DNA from: the human T2T-CHM13v2.0 reference genome, Homo sapiens
Strand: one strand, 5' to 3'
NCBI RefSeq assembly: GCF_009914755.1
Contig: NC_060932.1
DNA length: 64,000 bases
The notes under the pieces were generated by a model. It was given only the letters and a program-made list of their open reading frames with translations, was not told the DNA's origin and did not search any database. A program made the position numbers and the translations under genes. Shown here one piece after another: positions 14,298 through 26,288 of the stretch (its first letter is position 1; each line of letters starts with the position of its first letter).

Positions 14298-14632
14298 GTA
14301 TCTTAACTTGGATTCCCCCAAAAGATAGCCTAAACTGAAACTTGGGTGAAGGATTTTATTTGCGATGCAATCCCAGAGAACATGAGTGAGGGAACAGAGA
14401 ACATGAATGACCTGGTAGCTACCTGTGGCTGTGGATTATTGTAGAAACAGAAAGTAGAAAGACCAACAAAAAGTATGCTACTAAAGTCATTGCTGTGAGC
14501 AACAGGGCCCCAACTCTGCTGGCTCCTCTAAGAAGCATACAGAATGCAGCCCAGAATTATTCACCATCCCTTATGTCCCACTGGTTGAAGGTTACCACCA
14601 GGGTCGGTAATGCCCTGTATTTCTAAGCTTCT
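14298..14632 (-). mobile_element. Second LTR16-like LTR, truncated
   Basis: TATCTTAACTTGGATTCCCCCAAAAG...TTTTATTTGCGATGCAATCCCAG...CTGGTTGAAGGTTACC, in the same orientation as the 11017 copy. It breaks off at the TA-rich tract. Confidence 0.65.
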
Positions 14633-14634
14633 TG

Positions 14635-15002
14635 TCTCTCTCTCTCTCCATTTATATGTATATACATATGCATATATAGTATAGTATCTATACTATATAC
14701 TCTCTCTTTCTCTCCATATATATGTATATACAGCATCCAGAGATGGTTCCTGCAATCAGTATTGTGACAGAAAGCAAGAGAAATATATACATATATATGG
14801 AGAGTATAGTATATTTTATACTATAAATATAAATATATTTATATAGTATAAACAAATTTAAAATATGTTCAATAGTATATACGATATAAAATTATATATT
14901 TAATATAATAGTATATAAACTAATTGATACAATAAAATAATTTATAATGAAGCTATAAGATATAATATTGTATATCATTATATATTAAAATATGTATTAG
15001 AT
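14635..15002. repeat. (TC)n/(TA)n low-complexity tract containing an inverted repeat and a templated insert
   Basis: Seen directly; see findings. Confidence 0.9.
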
Positions 15003-18000
15003 ATGGAAAACTGTTACACCTGGAGAAGGGCAAAGAGGAAGGAAACACTTCAAATTCAGCATTGCAATCCATCGTTTGTATTCTCTCTTTTTCCTCTGTG
15101 TGTGTATGTGCATGTGTGTACATAATATGAATAAGAAATAGTCTATTCATGTGCTTATTTTGTTGAAATAACTTGAGGAAGTTCATTAGTATAATAGAAT
15201 TTCAAGATTGAAGACTAAAGAATATAAGATACTAGTTAGCAGTGAGCATAATAAATGGATGATAATATCATAAGCTGGTATGTGACTATCACAAAAAAAT
15301 TCTTGATAATAATAAACTTAAGAAAAAACTTGTCCATTTTTATTGTTTGGGGAAGAAGAAGGAGAAAAAGCATTGTTCATTGTGTTCTACTAACAAAGAA
15401 ACACAGGTTTAAATATGAATTAATATAAGGTCAAGCACTGGCAAAAACACATGTATACAAGAAAATTCCAAATTATCAGAGTGGAAAAAATATATAAATA
15501 ATCTTATCAATCCAACAAATGTATAAAAAGGGAAAATAAAAAACAATAATACTAATAATAAATATAAAAGATGATAGAAAAAATAAGACTAAACATAACC
15601 CTAATTAAAATTGATGAGAACAAACAGTTATTTTTAAAGATAACTGCACTCAGACTTGATTAAAAAACAAAATCTAATTAGAATGTTATTTATAAGAAAC
15701 ATGTCTTAAAGAAAATACAAGAGCAAAAATATATGTCTGACAACTGCCTTTCACAAAAAAGCAGAAACACAAATATTGCTGAGACAAAGATGGATATTTT
15801 TAATGAGAAAAAATCAAACTACTAAGGAATCAGATTTATAAGCCTTTATATATCTAATGACATAGTACTGAAATATTTACGAAAACACTTAGAAATGTCA
15901 GAAGAATGTGATAAAGTCTTTCATATAGGGGCAGGTTTTAATATTCTCATCTCAGAAATAAAAAAAGAAATTTTAAGAAAAGTAGATAAGAATACAGATT
16001 ATTCAATTAACCCTATCAACAAAGAATTCTAAAAGAGCTTACATACTTTCATTCAATAATTCTATCTTCAGAGCTTTTATTTAAGGAAAAAAAATCAAAT
16101 ATATATAGATAGAGAGACATACATATACATGCATATATATGTATATGTATAATAACAGATGGTTCTATTACTGAATTTTTCTTAATTTCAAAAGTAGTAC
16201 ATTCCCAAAGTATGAATTTCAGTAAATAGAAAATCACAATAAAAACTAAAAATCAGTGAAACAGCAGGTTTCTTGTATAGAGAGAATGTGAGTGTTCTAT
16301 TTATGTTAGCTGAGGACTCAGATTGTTGAATCTAGACTTGTTTTAACCGGTTTGATTCTTTCTACAGGGGTGAGTTGCTAATCTTCGGAAAAGGCATTTT
16401 ACTAATTGCAACATGGTCCCATCTGGTTGAAAGATATAGAGTCATGGTTTTCTGGAAAATTCTCTTTTATCTTAGTCATATTTCCCAATGAACATGCTGA
16501 TTTTGATGAAAGGAGAAAAATCTTCAAAAAAATTTTTATTAATTCTTTTGTGCAGTATATAGGTAATGCAATTTGAAGATATATATGTACATGTCAATTA
16601 TATCACAATCATATTTAGATAATTTATTTTAATTTCTAATTTCTTCACAAATAAGTATAATGGCACTCCAGGAATCTGCGCAATGTAAAACTATATTTCT
16701 AAAACATGAAATAAGGTGAAATTTGGCACTATTTTCATGAGAAAATAAAAAATATAAAAACTGCAGAAATCATTTAGCTTTATAATTTACAAATTGTTTC
16801 CTGAGTAAATGGAAAACTTCATTTTAGTTTTAGTTGTTGTTTGAGCCCTTCCTCAGGCATCAATCATATTGTATAAGTATTTCAAAAAATGAGAGAATAG
16901 AATAATACAATTTTTAGAACTCAAGTAGTGAATTCAATTTCTGGGCTTCATATCTAGCATGTTTTTCATTATTCCATATTTCATTATTTAAAAATCTAGC
17001 AGCAACCTACAGCTGACTAATGTCACTACTGTCATTTAAATTACAGCATTGTTTTAGAGGAAATTCCTGTAGTACTGTTAATTCCAATTATCTGATGTGG
17101 GCTGTGAACATAGTTCTTCAGCTCAAAATATACCCTACCACTTTCTCTTTTAAGAATAAATATTCAGCAAATTGGGTTGGAAGTGGTAGTGGGGATAATT
17201 AAAATAAATAATAAGGAAAGTTTGGCTGAATGTATGGGAATCATAAAACAATTTAATTAGCAATAGACAGTTCCATAAGCCAGTGGGTCAGAGGGGATAC
17301 GTAACAACTTGCTCGAGAAGCCATAATAAACTGGCGGGAAAAGATCTGTAGATCACAAGTGACTATTTAGCTTCCATGCGCAAATAGAGTTACACACTTT
17401 ATTAAAATATGGTAGGAAAAAGAAGTTTAACAAAACTGAAACCTAAAATAATCTTCACATCCAGATGGTAAGTTCCATCAAACCTCTAGGAACAGATAAT
17501 TCTGATGTTAGTTAATGTTTTCCAAAATATAGAAAATGACATAGAGCTTTCAGGTGTATTTAGGACTTTGACATTAAAATCTGACAAAGATAGACCAAGA
17601 AAAAAATTACAGACAAATTTCACTTATGAGTTATGAATACAGATAAAGAAATCCTAAATAATATATTGGTGAGATCAGATATAAACATTTAGACTGATTA
17701 AAGGTGGAAACATACCCTTTCTTTGCCCTTTTATTATGATAGAATATTTATATGTTCCATCACCAATTTGAAGAAACTGAAGCAAAGCTCTTGCTGCTTT
17801 TCCTGAAAGAGGAAGTCATCTTCGGGTTGCTGGAAACTCAGGCAGTGGGAATATTGGATAGTAAATGCCTGCCACCTGGCAATGTCCCAGAGACAAATAT
17901 ATTCAAGGTTTATCTACAGAGACACAACCACTGACCTGATGTTTTCAGCTTGCAAATGTTCTGAAGTCCCCAGAGAGACATGGAAGTAGAAGAGTGCCAC

Positions 18001-18859
18001 TGGATCAAAAAGGATAGTGGTTAATGTCTTAGCTATAAACTGTGTAGACAATCTGTGAATGTAGCACTTCCTTAGACTATGGACCTTTGACACCTGTAGA
18101 AGTGATGAGTCCTCCAAATGGTCACAAGCTGGCAGGATGAAGGCTCAGAGACAGAATCAAAACTGATGTATAGAAAAATAAATAAAATTATATGTAAATA
18201 TATGGACTCAGATTATACCTACTGCCTTAATAATACAAGTCTAGCTATTATTAAAATATAATATCCCATACTAGTCTAATTTTAATTATAGGACCAGTGT
18301 TTATAAGTCAATTAATAGAACTCTTTATATTTTATTTTAATATATTTTATTATAATGTATTTTAAGAAAGATAATGTTATGATTCCAAGAATTTTCCAAA
18401 AAGGCAGTTGATAAAAGTTGCCTTTTATTTATCGTCAAAAATAAAATCCCTTATTTTTAGGAATGGCAGTCTATTCTCTTACAATAAAAAACCATCAGCT
18501 TCAACCATATTTAATAGTGAAACATTAGAGCCATGTAAGACATGTACTACCATTATATTTTTCTGCAAATTTTAGCCAATGAAAAGCAATAAAAGAATAA
18601 ATGAAAGGTATAAATATTGAAAAGGGAGAGCCAAGATTACTATTATTTTTAAGTGATATATACTACTTTAAAAATTTGAGAGATTTAACTTGAAAATTGT
18701 TTAAGAAAGTAAGTGGCCAAGTAAAATAATTAATTTGAAAAAATAGTATATTTTCAATAATGGAAATGAGCACATATAGCAATTAGCTAACTGGAAAAAA
18801 TCTATTTTTAATAATGACAATTAATTCATATGTCACATAAGTATTTGAAAGACTGCTCT

Positions 18860-18970
18860 AAGAGTTAGGTTACCTTGAACATTACCACATCAAGGATGAG
18901 GAAATGGAGGTATGAAGGTGCAAGTGATCTTTCTACACAGCTAGCGAGTGGAGAAGTCACAGCTAGCAAA
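18860..18970 (-). mobile_element. MIR fragment
   Basis: GATGAGGAAATGGAGG...AAGTGATCTTTCTACACAGCTAGCGAGTGG. Confidence 0.6.
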
Positions 18971-19002
18971 TAATGAAATGTAGAATCATGAAATATAGAA
19001 TA

Positions 19003-19175
19003 ACCCAGAGAGCTGCAGGGTCATAATGCCAGCTGGACCCAGCTGTGTGACCAGGTCCCCAGCAGTCTAGCCAACACGATGTCCTATACCTTGAGGAGCA
19101 GGCAGTGCAGCACAGTAAGTAGCCTGCCCCTGGGACAAACGGTGCCAAAGCCCATGCTCCCAAAGGCCCAAGAAC
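19003..19175 (+). mobile_element. Orphan L1 5'UTR fragment
   Basis: About 85% identical by hand alignment to 20577-20738 in the neighbouring L1 5'UTR. Confidence 0.85.
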
Positions 19176-19349
19176 CCAGTTAGACTGCCTGCAAGAGGCC
19201 AGGCAAGTACCATGTCATGATGATATGTTTAAAAACAATAATAATTTTATTATCTAAATGCTTAACATATAAAAAAAGTTAATATAAAATAGGTAGATTC
19301 CACAAGAAAAAATAAAATCTTAGAAAACTACAAAACTTGAATGTAGAAG

Positions 19350-19520
19350 ACAGTTTTTAATCTTGAGTCCATTGATGGACTTATGACAATTTGTTATTTT
19401 CTAGAAATATGCAAAATATTAAGAGCTTGGGCATATGTAATTTTTTTCTGAGGACTGAAGGTTTTATGCTTTCAAAAACATTGTCTGAAAGGGTTATAAC
19501 TTCCAAAGTGTGACTTTGGT
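19350..19520. mobile_element. Possible hAT-Charlie MITE fragment
   Basis: CAGTTTTTAATCTTGAGTCCATTGATGGAC...TTTTTCTGAGG...GCTTTCA...AAAGGG resembles Charlie-derived MERs. Confidence 0.35.
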
Positions 19521-20055
19521 TAGAAAAATAAAAGATTTGAGTAATTCGAGAAACTTACATCTTTCCAGATGGGGAGAAAATATGGTGTTCCTCCTTCCCC
19601 AAAGAAACGTTAATTTAGTGCATTTACAGTCAAAACACAGGCCACATTTTTCAAATAAAGGAAGTTTCCAAAGTTTTAAATTTTTGTGTAGAGAAATAAA
19701 TGTTTAGTAGTAAGCTAGACATTGTTGAAAAATAAAATGGAGGTTGTCTTTTTTAGTTATTCAAACATATTACAAAGCTTTGTAACTGAAAATATTGATA
19801 CTTTTATAGGAAATCAAGATTCTAAAAATGAAATAAATACACACACACATATGTTTTTATAATTGAGTAATTGTGTCCTCCAAATAAATGAAGAAATTAT
19901 AAGTTATCCAGTGAATGTGAGTTGGAAAATTGGCAACTCAGTCTGAAATAAGAAATTAAATGACTACTTAACACCTATGCCAAAATTTAATTCCAGATGG
20001 ATTATGATTACATTATTTAAATGGTTTAATGACCTAGATTTTAAAACACTGTGAA

Positions 20056-23000
20056 GGAGACTTAGGTTTAAGATGGCTGATGAGAGGCACATGGCACTCA
20101 CCATCTTCATAAAGAAAGATAAAAACAGAGAGCAGATAACTTCATGTCAAATAGAGTATGTAAGAGAGAACTCTGGAATTCAGTTGGGAAGTGACAGGGA
20201 ACCTCTGAAATATGGAAGGAGAGTAAAGCAAAGCAGCCAGCCTGGCCAGGATTGGCTTGAAGCCAGGAGAAACTCCCCAGGGTAGGAAAGAGGTAAGAGA
20301 TTGCCAGTGGTCCACTATTCCCACCACAAATTCTTAGAATCCTAACCATGGAAGAGATTCTCAGCTCTCACATTCCCTGAGACTAGTATAGGGAGCAACC
20401 TGGAGTCCACATGATGGCATCGTTCCAGAGAGAAAGTTCACACTTGGTCACACACACCTTCTCAAGGTCCAAGTAACCACCTCATGGCACCATTTTGAGA
20501 GCCCAATCCCCACCAGACAACATCTTGCCCTGGGGCCTCCACATTACTGGAGCCCTGCTGACATCCCATCACATTCACCCAGAGGTCTGCAGGGTCATAA
20601 TGCCAGCTGGAGCCAGATGTGTGATGAGGTCCCCAGCACTATAGCCCAAACAATGTCCTACACCCCGAGGAACCAGCAGTGCAGCACAGTCAGGAGGCTG
20701 CCCTTGGGACAAAGGCTGCCAAAGCCCATGTTCCAAAGATTCTAAGAGCAGCATGCCTGGGGCTGCTGCCGCTGATGACAGCCCCATCCTACCCCCAAGC
20801 AGCAGAGCTACTGCACACTGGAAGGTGCTTTTATGGGGTCTGGGGACTGGCCCACTCAGTAGATCTGGGGATCTGCCCTGCCCACTGCCCCTACTGCCAC
20901 TGCCCACATGCGTTGTCCTGATGCTTGGGAATCAATCTTCCCTGCCCACAACACATGGTGCACTTGAGCACCATCAACTGACAGACAGGCCCACCTGCCT
21001 GCCACAGCTGGAGCCCATGAGCACAATCAGGGGTCCTGACAACAGGCCTGGCCCATCCATTGCCAGTGTATGCATGTGCAATCTGGGCACATGAAGACAA
21101 GCCCACCCTGCCTGCACCCTCCACTGGCAGTACTTTCATGCATCCTCTGGGGGCTTGGGGATTGATCCACCCTGCCTGTCAATGCTGGCATGCATTCACA
21201 CTATCCAGGGTATTGAATATAAGCTTACCCTATCTACCACTAGCACTGCCAGTGCCCCAGCATGCCACCTGGGAGCCTGGGAATCAAACAACCTGCCCAC
21301 CACAGCCTGTACCTGTGTGCACCATTGAGGGGCCCCAGGACAAAGACACCCAAGCGTTAGCCCACTGTTATAACTGCCATTGCTAATGCCACTCATGCCA
21401 CCCAGGAGCCTGAGGATCCACCTACGCACCTGGCCCACCACTGCCATTACCAGCACTTGAACAACCCAACTGGAGGCCTCAAAATTGGCATATCCAGCCT
21501 GCTGCTGCCACCACTGGTGCCCAAGGACCAGCCTACCTGACTGTAGCCTAGGCCACTGAGGAACTCAGGCATCACTGACACTGATTACAGGAGAAGTCAT
21601 ACGGAGACTTTTGCACCCACTCAGAATCAAAGCCAAAGAGCCCTACCCAAACAACACTAGATACATCAATAGGAAATAATCACTCTGTACAAAAAAAATC
21701 TGTGATATTAGAAGCAGTACTGTTACAGTAGATGAACAGACATCAATGTTAGAACACCAGAAACATGAAAAAGCAAGGAAAAATAACATCTGCAATGGAA
21801 AACAATAATTCTCCAGCAATACCTTCCAACAGGAAAAGAAATCTATGTAATGCCTGAAAAAGAATTCAAAATAATGACATTAAAGAAGCTAAGATACAAG
21901 AGAACATAGATAAACAATACAAAGAAAGCAGAAAAAATAATTTATGATCTGCAAAATTCAACAAAGAAATAGATATTATTTTAAAATAAATCCTGGAACT
22001 CAATAATTCAATAAATGAAATAAAATATACAAGCAAGAGCTTAAACAATAGACTAGATCAAGCAGAAGAAAGAATTTCTGAACTTGAAAACAAATCTTTT
22101 GAAACAACCCAGTGAGACAAAAAAAAAATAAGAAGAGGGAGTAAAAAACAATTTTTTAAGCCTATGTAACATAAGGGACACCATAAAGCAACCAAATATT
22201 TAAATTTTGAAAGTTCCAGGAGAAAGAATAAGCAAGGGTATAGAAAACCTGTATAACATAATAATAGCTTAAACTTTCCCAAGTCTTGCGAGAGACGTAG
22301 ACATCCAGGAAAAGGAAGCTCAAACATCCCCAAATACATCCAACTCAAAAAAGTCATATCCATGGCACGTTACACTCAAACTTTCAAGTAAAAAAAAAAA
22401 AGAGAGAGAGAATTCTATAAACAATAGGAGAAAAGCATCAAGTGAAATATAGGGGAACCTCCATCACACTAACATTAAATTTCCCAGCAGAAACCTTACA
22501 AGCCAGGAGATAAAGGGGTAATACATTTAATGTTCTGAAGGAAAAATCTGTCAAAGATACTATAACCATCAAAGTTATCTTTCGTAAATAAAAAGGAAAT
22601 AAAGTATTTCCCAGACAAGCAAAAGTTGAGGTAATTCATCACCACTAGACCTGCCCTAGAAGAAATGCTTATGGGAGTCCTACACAAAGACTTTGCCAAA
22701 GTACTCTTAGAACTGATAAACAAACTTACTAAAGTTTCAGAATAAAAATTAGTAAAAAAAAATCAGGGACATTTCTACACATGAATGACTGACTAGCTAA
22801 AAAAGAAATCAAGAAAGCAATTTCATTTACAATAGCTATCAAAAAATAAAATACCTTAAAATAAGTTTAACCAAGGAGGTAAAAGACATCTACCATAAAA
22901 ACTACAAAACACAAATAAAAGAAATTGAATATGACACCTAGAAATGGAAAGACATCCACAATCATAGATTGGAAGAATTAATATTGTTAAAATAACTATA

Positions 23001-23060
23001 CTACCCAAAGTAATCTACAAATTCAATGCCATTCATATCAAAATACCAAAGACATTCTTT
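20056..23060 (+). mobile_element. L1MA4-like LINE-1, 5' part: 5'UTR, ORF1, then an internally deleted ORF2
   Basis: TTAAGATGGCTGA near the start; GC-rich subrepeated 5'UTR to ~21750; decayed ORF1 ~21765-22684; jump into late ORF2. Together with 26047-26279 it is bracketed by the TSD AAAAC(C)ACTGTGAA (20043-20055 and ~26275-26288). Confidence 0.85.
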
Positions 23061-23959
23061 TACTTCTGTGCACCTGCAGGCCCAACACCATGTGTAAATC
23101 ACCAAGGCTTAGGGCTTGTGCCTTCTGAAGCAATGTCCGGAGCTGTACATTGGCCCCTTTTAGCCACAGCTGGGATGCAGGGCACCAAGTCCTGAGACTG
23201 CACAAACCAGCAAGGCCCTGGGCCCAGCCCAGGAAACCATTTTTCCCTCCTAGGCCTCTGGGAGGCCTGTGATGTGAAGGGCTGCCATGAAGGTCTCTGA
23301 CATGCCCTGGAGACATTTCCCCCATTGTCTTGGGGATTCACATTTGGCTTCTTGTTACTTATGCAAATTTCTGCAGCCAGCTTGAATTTCTCCCCAGAAA
23401 ATGGAGTTTTCTTTTATATTGTATTGTCAGGCTGCAAACTTTCTGAACTTTTATGCTTTGCTTCCCTTTTAAACATAAGTTCTAATTCCAAACCATGTGT
23501 TTGTGAATACATAAAACTGAATGCTTTTCACAGTACCCAAGTCACCTCTTGAATGCTTTGCTACTTAGAAATTTCTTCCAACAAATGCCCTAAATCAAAT
23601 CATCTCTCTCAAGTTCAAAGTTCCACAAATCTCTAGGGCAGGGGCAAAATGTCATGTCTCTTTGCTAAAACATAGCAAGAGTCACCTTTGCTCCAGTTTC
23701 CAACAAGTTCCTCTTCTCCATCTGAGACAGCAGCATTTGGTCAAAGCCATTCAACAAGTCTCTAGGAAGTTCCAAACTTTCCTACATCTTCCTGTGTTCT
23801 GAGCCTTCCAAGTCTCCAGGAAGTTTCAAACTTCCCACATTTTCCTATCTTTTCTGAGCCCTCCAAACTGTTTGAACCTCTTCCTGCTACCCAGTTCCAA
23901 AATAACTTCCACATTTCCAGGTTATCTTTACAGCAGTGCCCCAATACTCAGTACCAATT
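23061..23959 (-). mobile_element. THE1 internal region (5' part only)
   Basis: Typical THE1-int antisense: CCCTGGAGACATTTCCCCCATTGTCTTGGGGATT...CAAATTTCTGCAGCCAGCTTGAATTTCTCC...GTACCAATTT. Confidence 0.9.
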
Positions 23960-24322
23960 TATTAGCGTATTCTCACGCTGCTAATAAAGACATACCCAAG
24001 ACTTGGTAATTTATAAAGGAAAGAGGTTTAATTGACTCACACTTCCACATGGCTGGGGAGACATCACAATTATAGTTGAAGGCAAATGAGGAGCAAAATC
24101 ACGTCTTACATGGCAGCAGGCAAGAGAGCTTGTGTAGGGGAACTCCCCTTTATAAAACCATCAGATCTCATGAGAATCATTCACTATCACAAAAACAGTA
24201 CAGGAAAGACCTACTCCCATGATTCAATTACCTCCCACTGGGACCCTCCCACAATATATGGAAATTATGGGAGCTACAATTCAAGATGACATTTTCGGTG
24301 AGGACACAGCCAAACCATATCA
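23960..24322 (-). mobile_element. THE1B-like MaLR LTR
   Basis: GCTGCTAATAAAGACATACCC... ending CAGCCAAACCATATCA, the reverse complement of the TGATATGGTTTGG LTR start. Confidence 0.93.
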
Positions 24323-26036
24323 ATATCTTATGCTCATGGATGAGTAAGATCAATACTATGAAAATGACCATACTGTTAAGAGAAATCTACAAATTCAATG
24401 CAATTCCCATTAAAATACCATGATCATTCTTCATGAACCTAGAAAAAACAATCCTAAAATTCATATGAAACCAAAAAGAGCCCACACAGTGAAAGCAAGA
24501 CAAAGCAAAAAGAATGAATCTGGAGGCATCACATTACCTGACTTCAAAGTAAACTATGAGGCTATAGTAATCGAAACAGCATGGTACCGGTATAAAAATA
24601 GGCACATAGACCAGGAGAACAGAATAAAAACCCAGAAATAAAGCCTAATACTCACAGCCAACTGATCTTTGACAAAGCAAACAAAAACATAAAGTGGGGA
24701 AAGGACACCCTATTTAACAAATGGTGCTGGGATAATTGGCAAGACACATGTAGAAGAATGAAACTGTTCTGCACATGTATCCCAAAACCTAAAGTTTAAT
24801 TTAAAAAAAAGTTTGTTGTCACAATAAAATACGAAGTTAAAAAGACATAATACCAAATATATATATTTCCAGTTGACAAAACATTTTTGAAAAAATAAAA
24901 GAATGAAACTGGATTCTTATCACTCACCTTATATAAAAATCAACTCAAGATGGTTCAAAGACATAAATCTAAGACTTGAAACCACGAAAATCCTAGAAGA
25001 TAATATTGGAAAATCCCTTCTTTGGCTTAGGCAAAGACTTCATAACCAACAACCCAAAAGCAAATGCAACAAAAACAAAGATAAATAGATGGACTTAATT
25101 AAAAAAAGCTTCTGCATAACAAAAGAAATAATCAGCAGAGAAAACAGACAACCCACAGAGTGGGAGAAAATCTTCACTATCTATACATCTGGCAAAGGAC
25201 TAATATCCAGAATTTACAAGGAACTCAAATCAGCAAGAAAAAAAAAATCCCATCAAAAAGTGGACTAAGGACATAAATAGAAAATTCTCAAAAGAAGATA
25301 TACAAACATCCCACAAACATAAAAAAAAATGCTCAACATCTCTAATCATCAGAGAAATGCAAATCAACGCCACAATATGATACCATCTTATTACTGCAAA
25401 AACGGCCACAGTCAAGGATGTGGTGAAAAGGGAACGCTTTTACACTGCTGGTGGGAATGTAAACTAGCACAACCACTATGAAAAACAGTGTGGAGATTCC
25501 TTAAAGATCTAAAAGTAAATCTACCATTGGATCCAGCAATCCCACTACTGGGTATCTACCCAGAGGAAAAGAAGTCATTACACGAAAAAGATACTTGTAC
25601 ATGCATGTTTATAGCAGCACAATTTGCAATAGCAAAGGTATGAAACCAGTCCAAATGCCCTTCAATCAACAAGAAAATGTGCTGTATATATACCATGGAA
25701 TACTACTCAGCCATAAAAAATATATGAAGTAATGGCATTTGCAGCAACCTGGATGGAATTGGAGACCATTATTCTAAGTGAAGTAGCTCAGGAATGGGAA
25801 ACGAAATATTATATGTGCTTACTCATAAGTGGAAGCTGAACTATGAGGACGCAAAGGCATAAGAATGATACTTTGGGGACGCGGGGGAAAGGGTGGTTGA
25901 AGGATAAAAGACTACACATTGGGTGCAGTGTACACTGCTTGGGTTATGGGTGTACCAAAATCTCAGAATTGACCACTAAATAACTTATCCATGTAACCAA
26001 ACACCACCTGCTCCCTAAAACCTATTGAAATAAAAA
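24323..26036 (+). mobile_element. L1PB (L1PB1-like) ORF2 3' part and 3'UTR
   Basis: ORF 24420-24641 resembles the L1 ORF2 C-terminus ([24 protein letters not shown]). Diagnostic 3'UTR CTATGAGGACGCAAAGGCATAAGAATGATA...CCTATTGAAATAAAAA. Confidence 0.9.
24767..24898 (+). mobile_element. Extremely 5'-truncated L1PA with a probable 3' transduction
   Basis: L1PA terminal TTCTGCACATGTATCCC..AAC.TAAAGT plus A8, then unrelated DNA and an A-rich tail. Perfect 13-bp TSD AAGAATGAAACTG at 24754-24766 and 24899-24911. Confidence 0.8.
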
Positions 26037-26046
26037 TTTTTTAAAA

Positions 26047-26279
26047 CGTTCTAGCATTTAATAGCACAGTAGGGTGACTATAGTTAATAACAATGTATTG
26101 TATATTTCTAAATAAGTAGAAGAAAAGATTTGAAATGTTCCCAGCACAAAGAAATGATACATGTTCAAGGTGATGGATATCCTAAATACTCTAATTTGAT
26201 CATTACATATTGTATGCCTGTATCAGAATATCACATGTACCCATAAATATGTACAATTATTATGCATCAATAAAAAAAC
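26047..26279 (+). mobile_element. L1MA4-like 3' terminus (end of the element starting at 20056)
   Basis: ATAGCACAGTAGGGTGACTATAGTTAA...GGTGATGGATATCCTAAATAC...CATCAATAAAAAAA, followed by the TSD. Confidence 0.85.
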
Positions 26280-26288
26280 CACTGTGAA

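Larger units (their letters stand above)
15230..20055 (+). mobile_element. Highly decayed old L1 (L1ME/L1M5-like) ORF2 fragments, interspersed with other sequence
   Basis: A-rich patches are collinear with L1 ORF2: EN start at ~15570-16030, RT region at 17450-17690 and 18300-18830, C-terminal part at 19520-20055. It continues after the nested L1 at 26289. Confidence 0.6.

Noticed and set aside
17693-18240. Possible LTR-like insert interrupting the old L1
   Set aside because: It has an AATAAA and ends in ...AATACA, but I could not match a family with confidence. It needs a Dfam search.
20575-21456. Cluster of overlapping GC-rich ORFs and subrepeats, superficially array-like
   Set aside because: Normal degenerate subrepeats of an L1 5'UTR; neither coding nor CRISPR-like.
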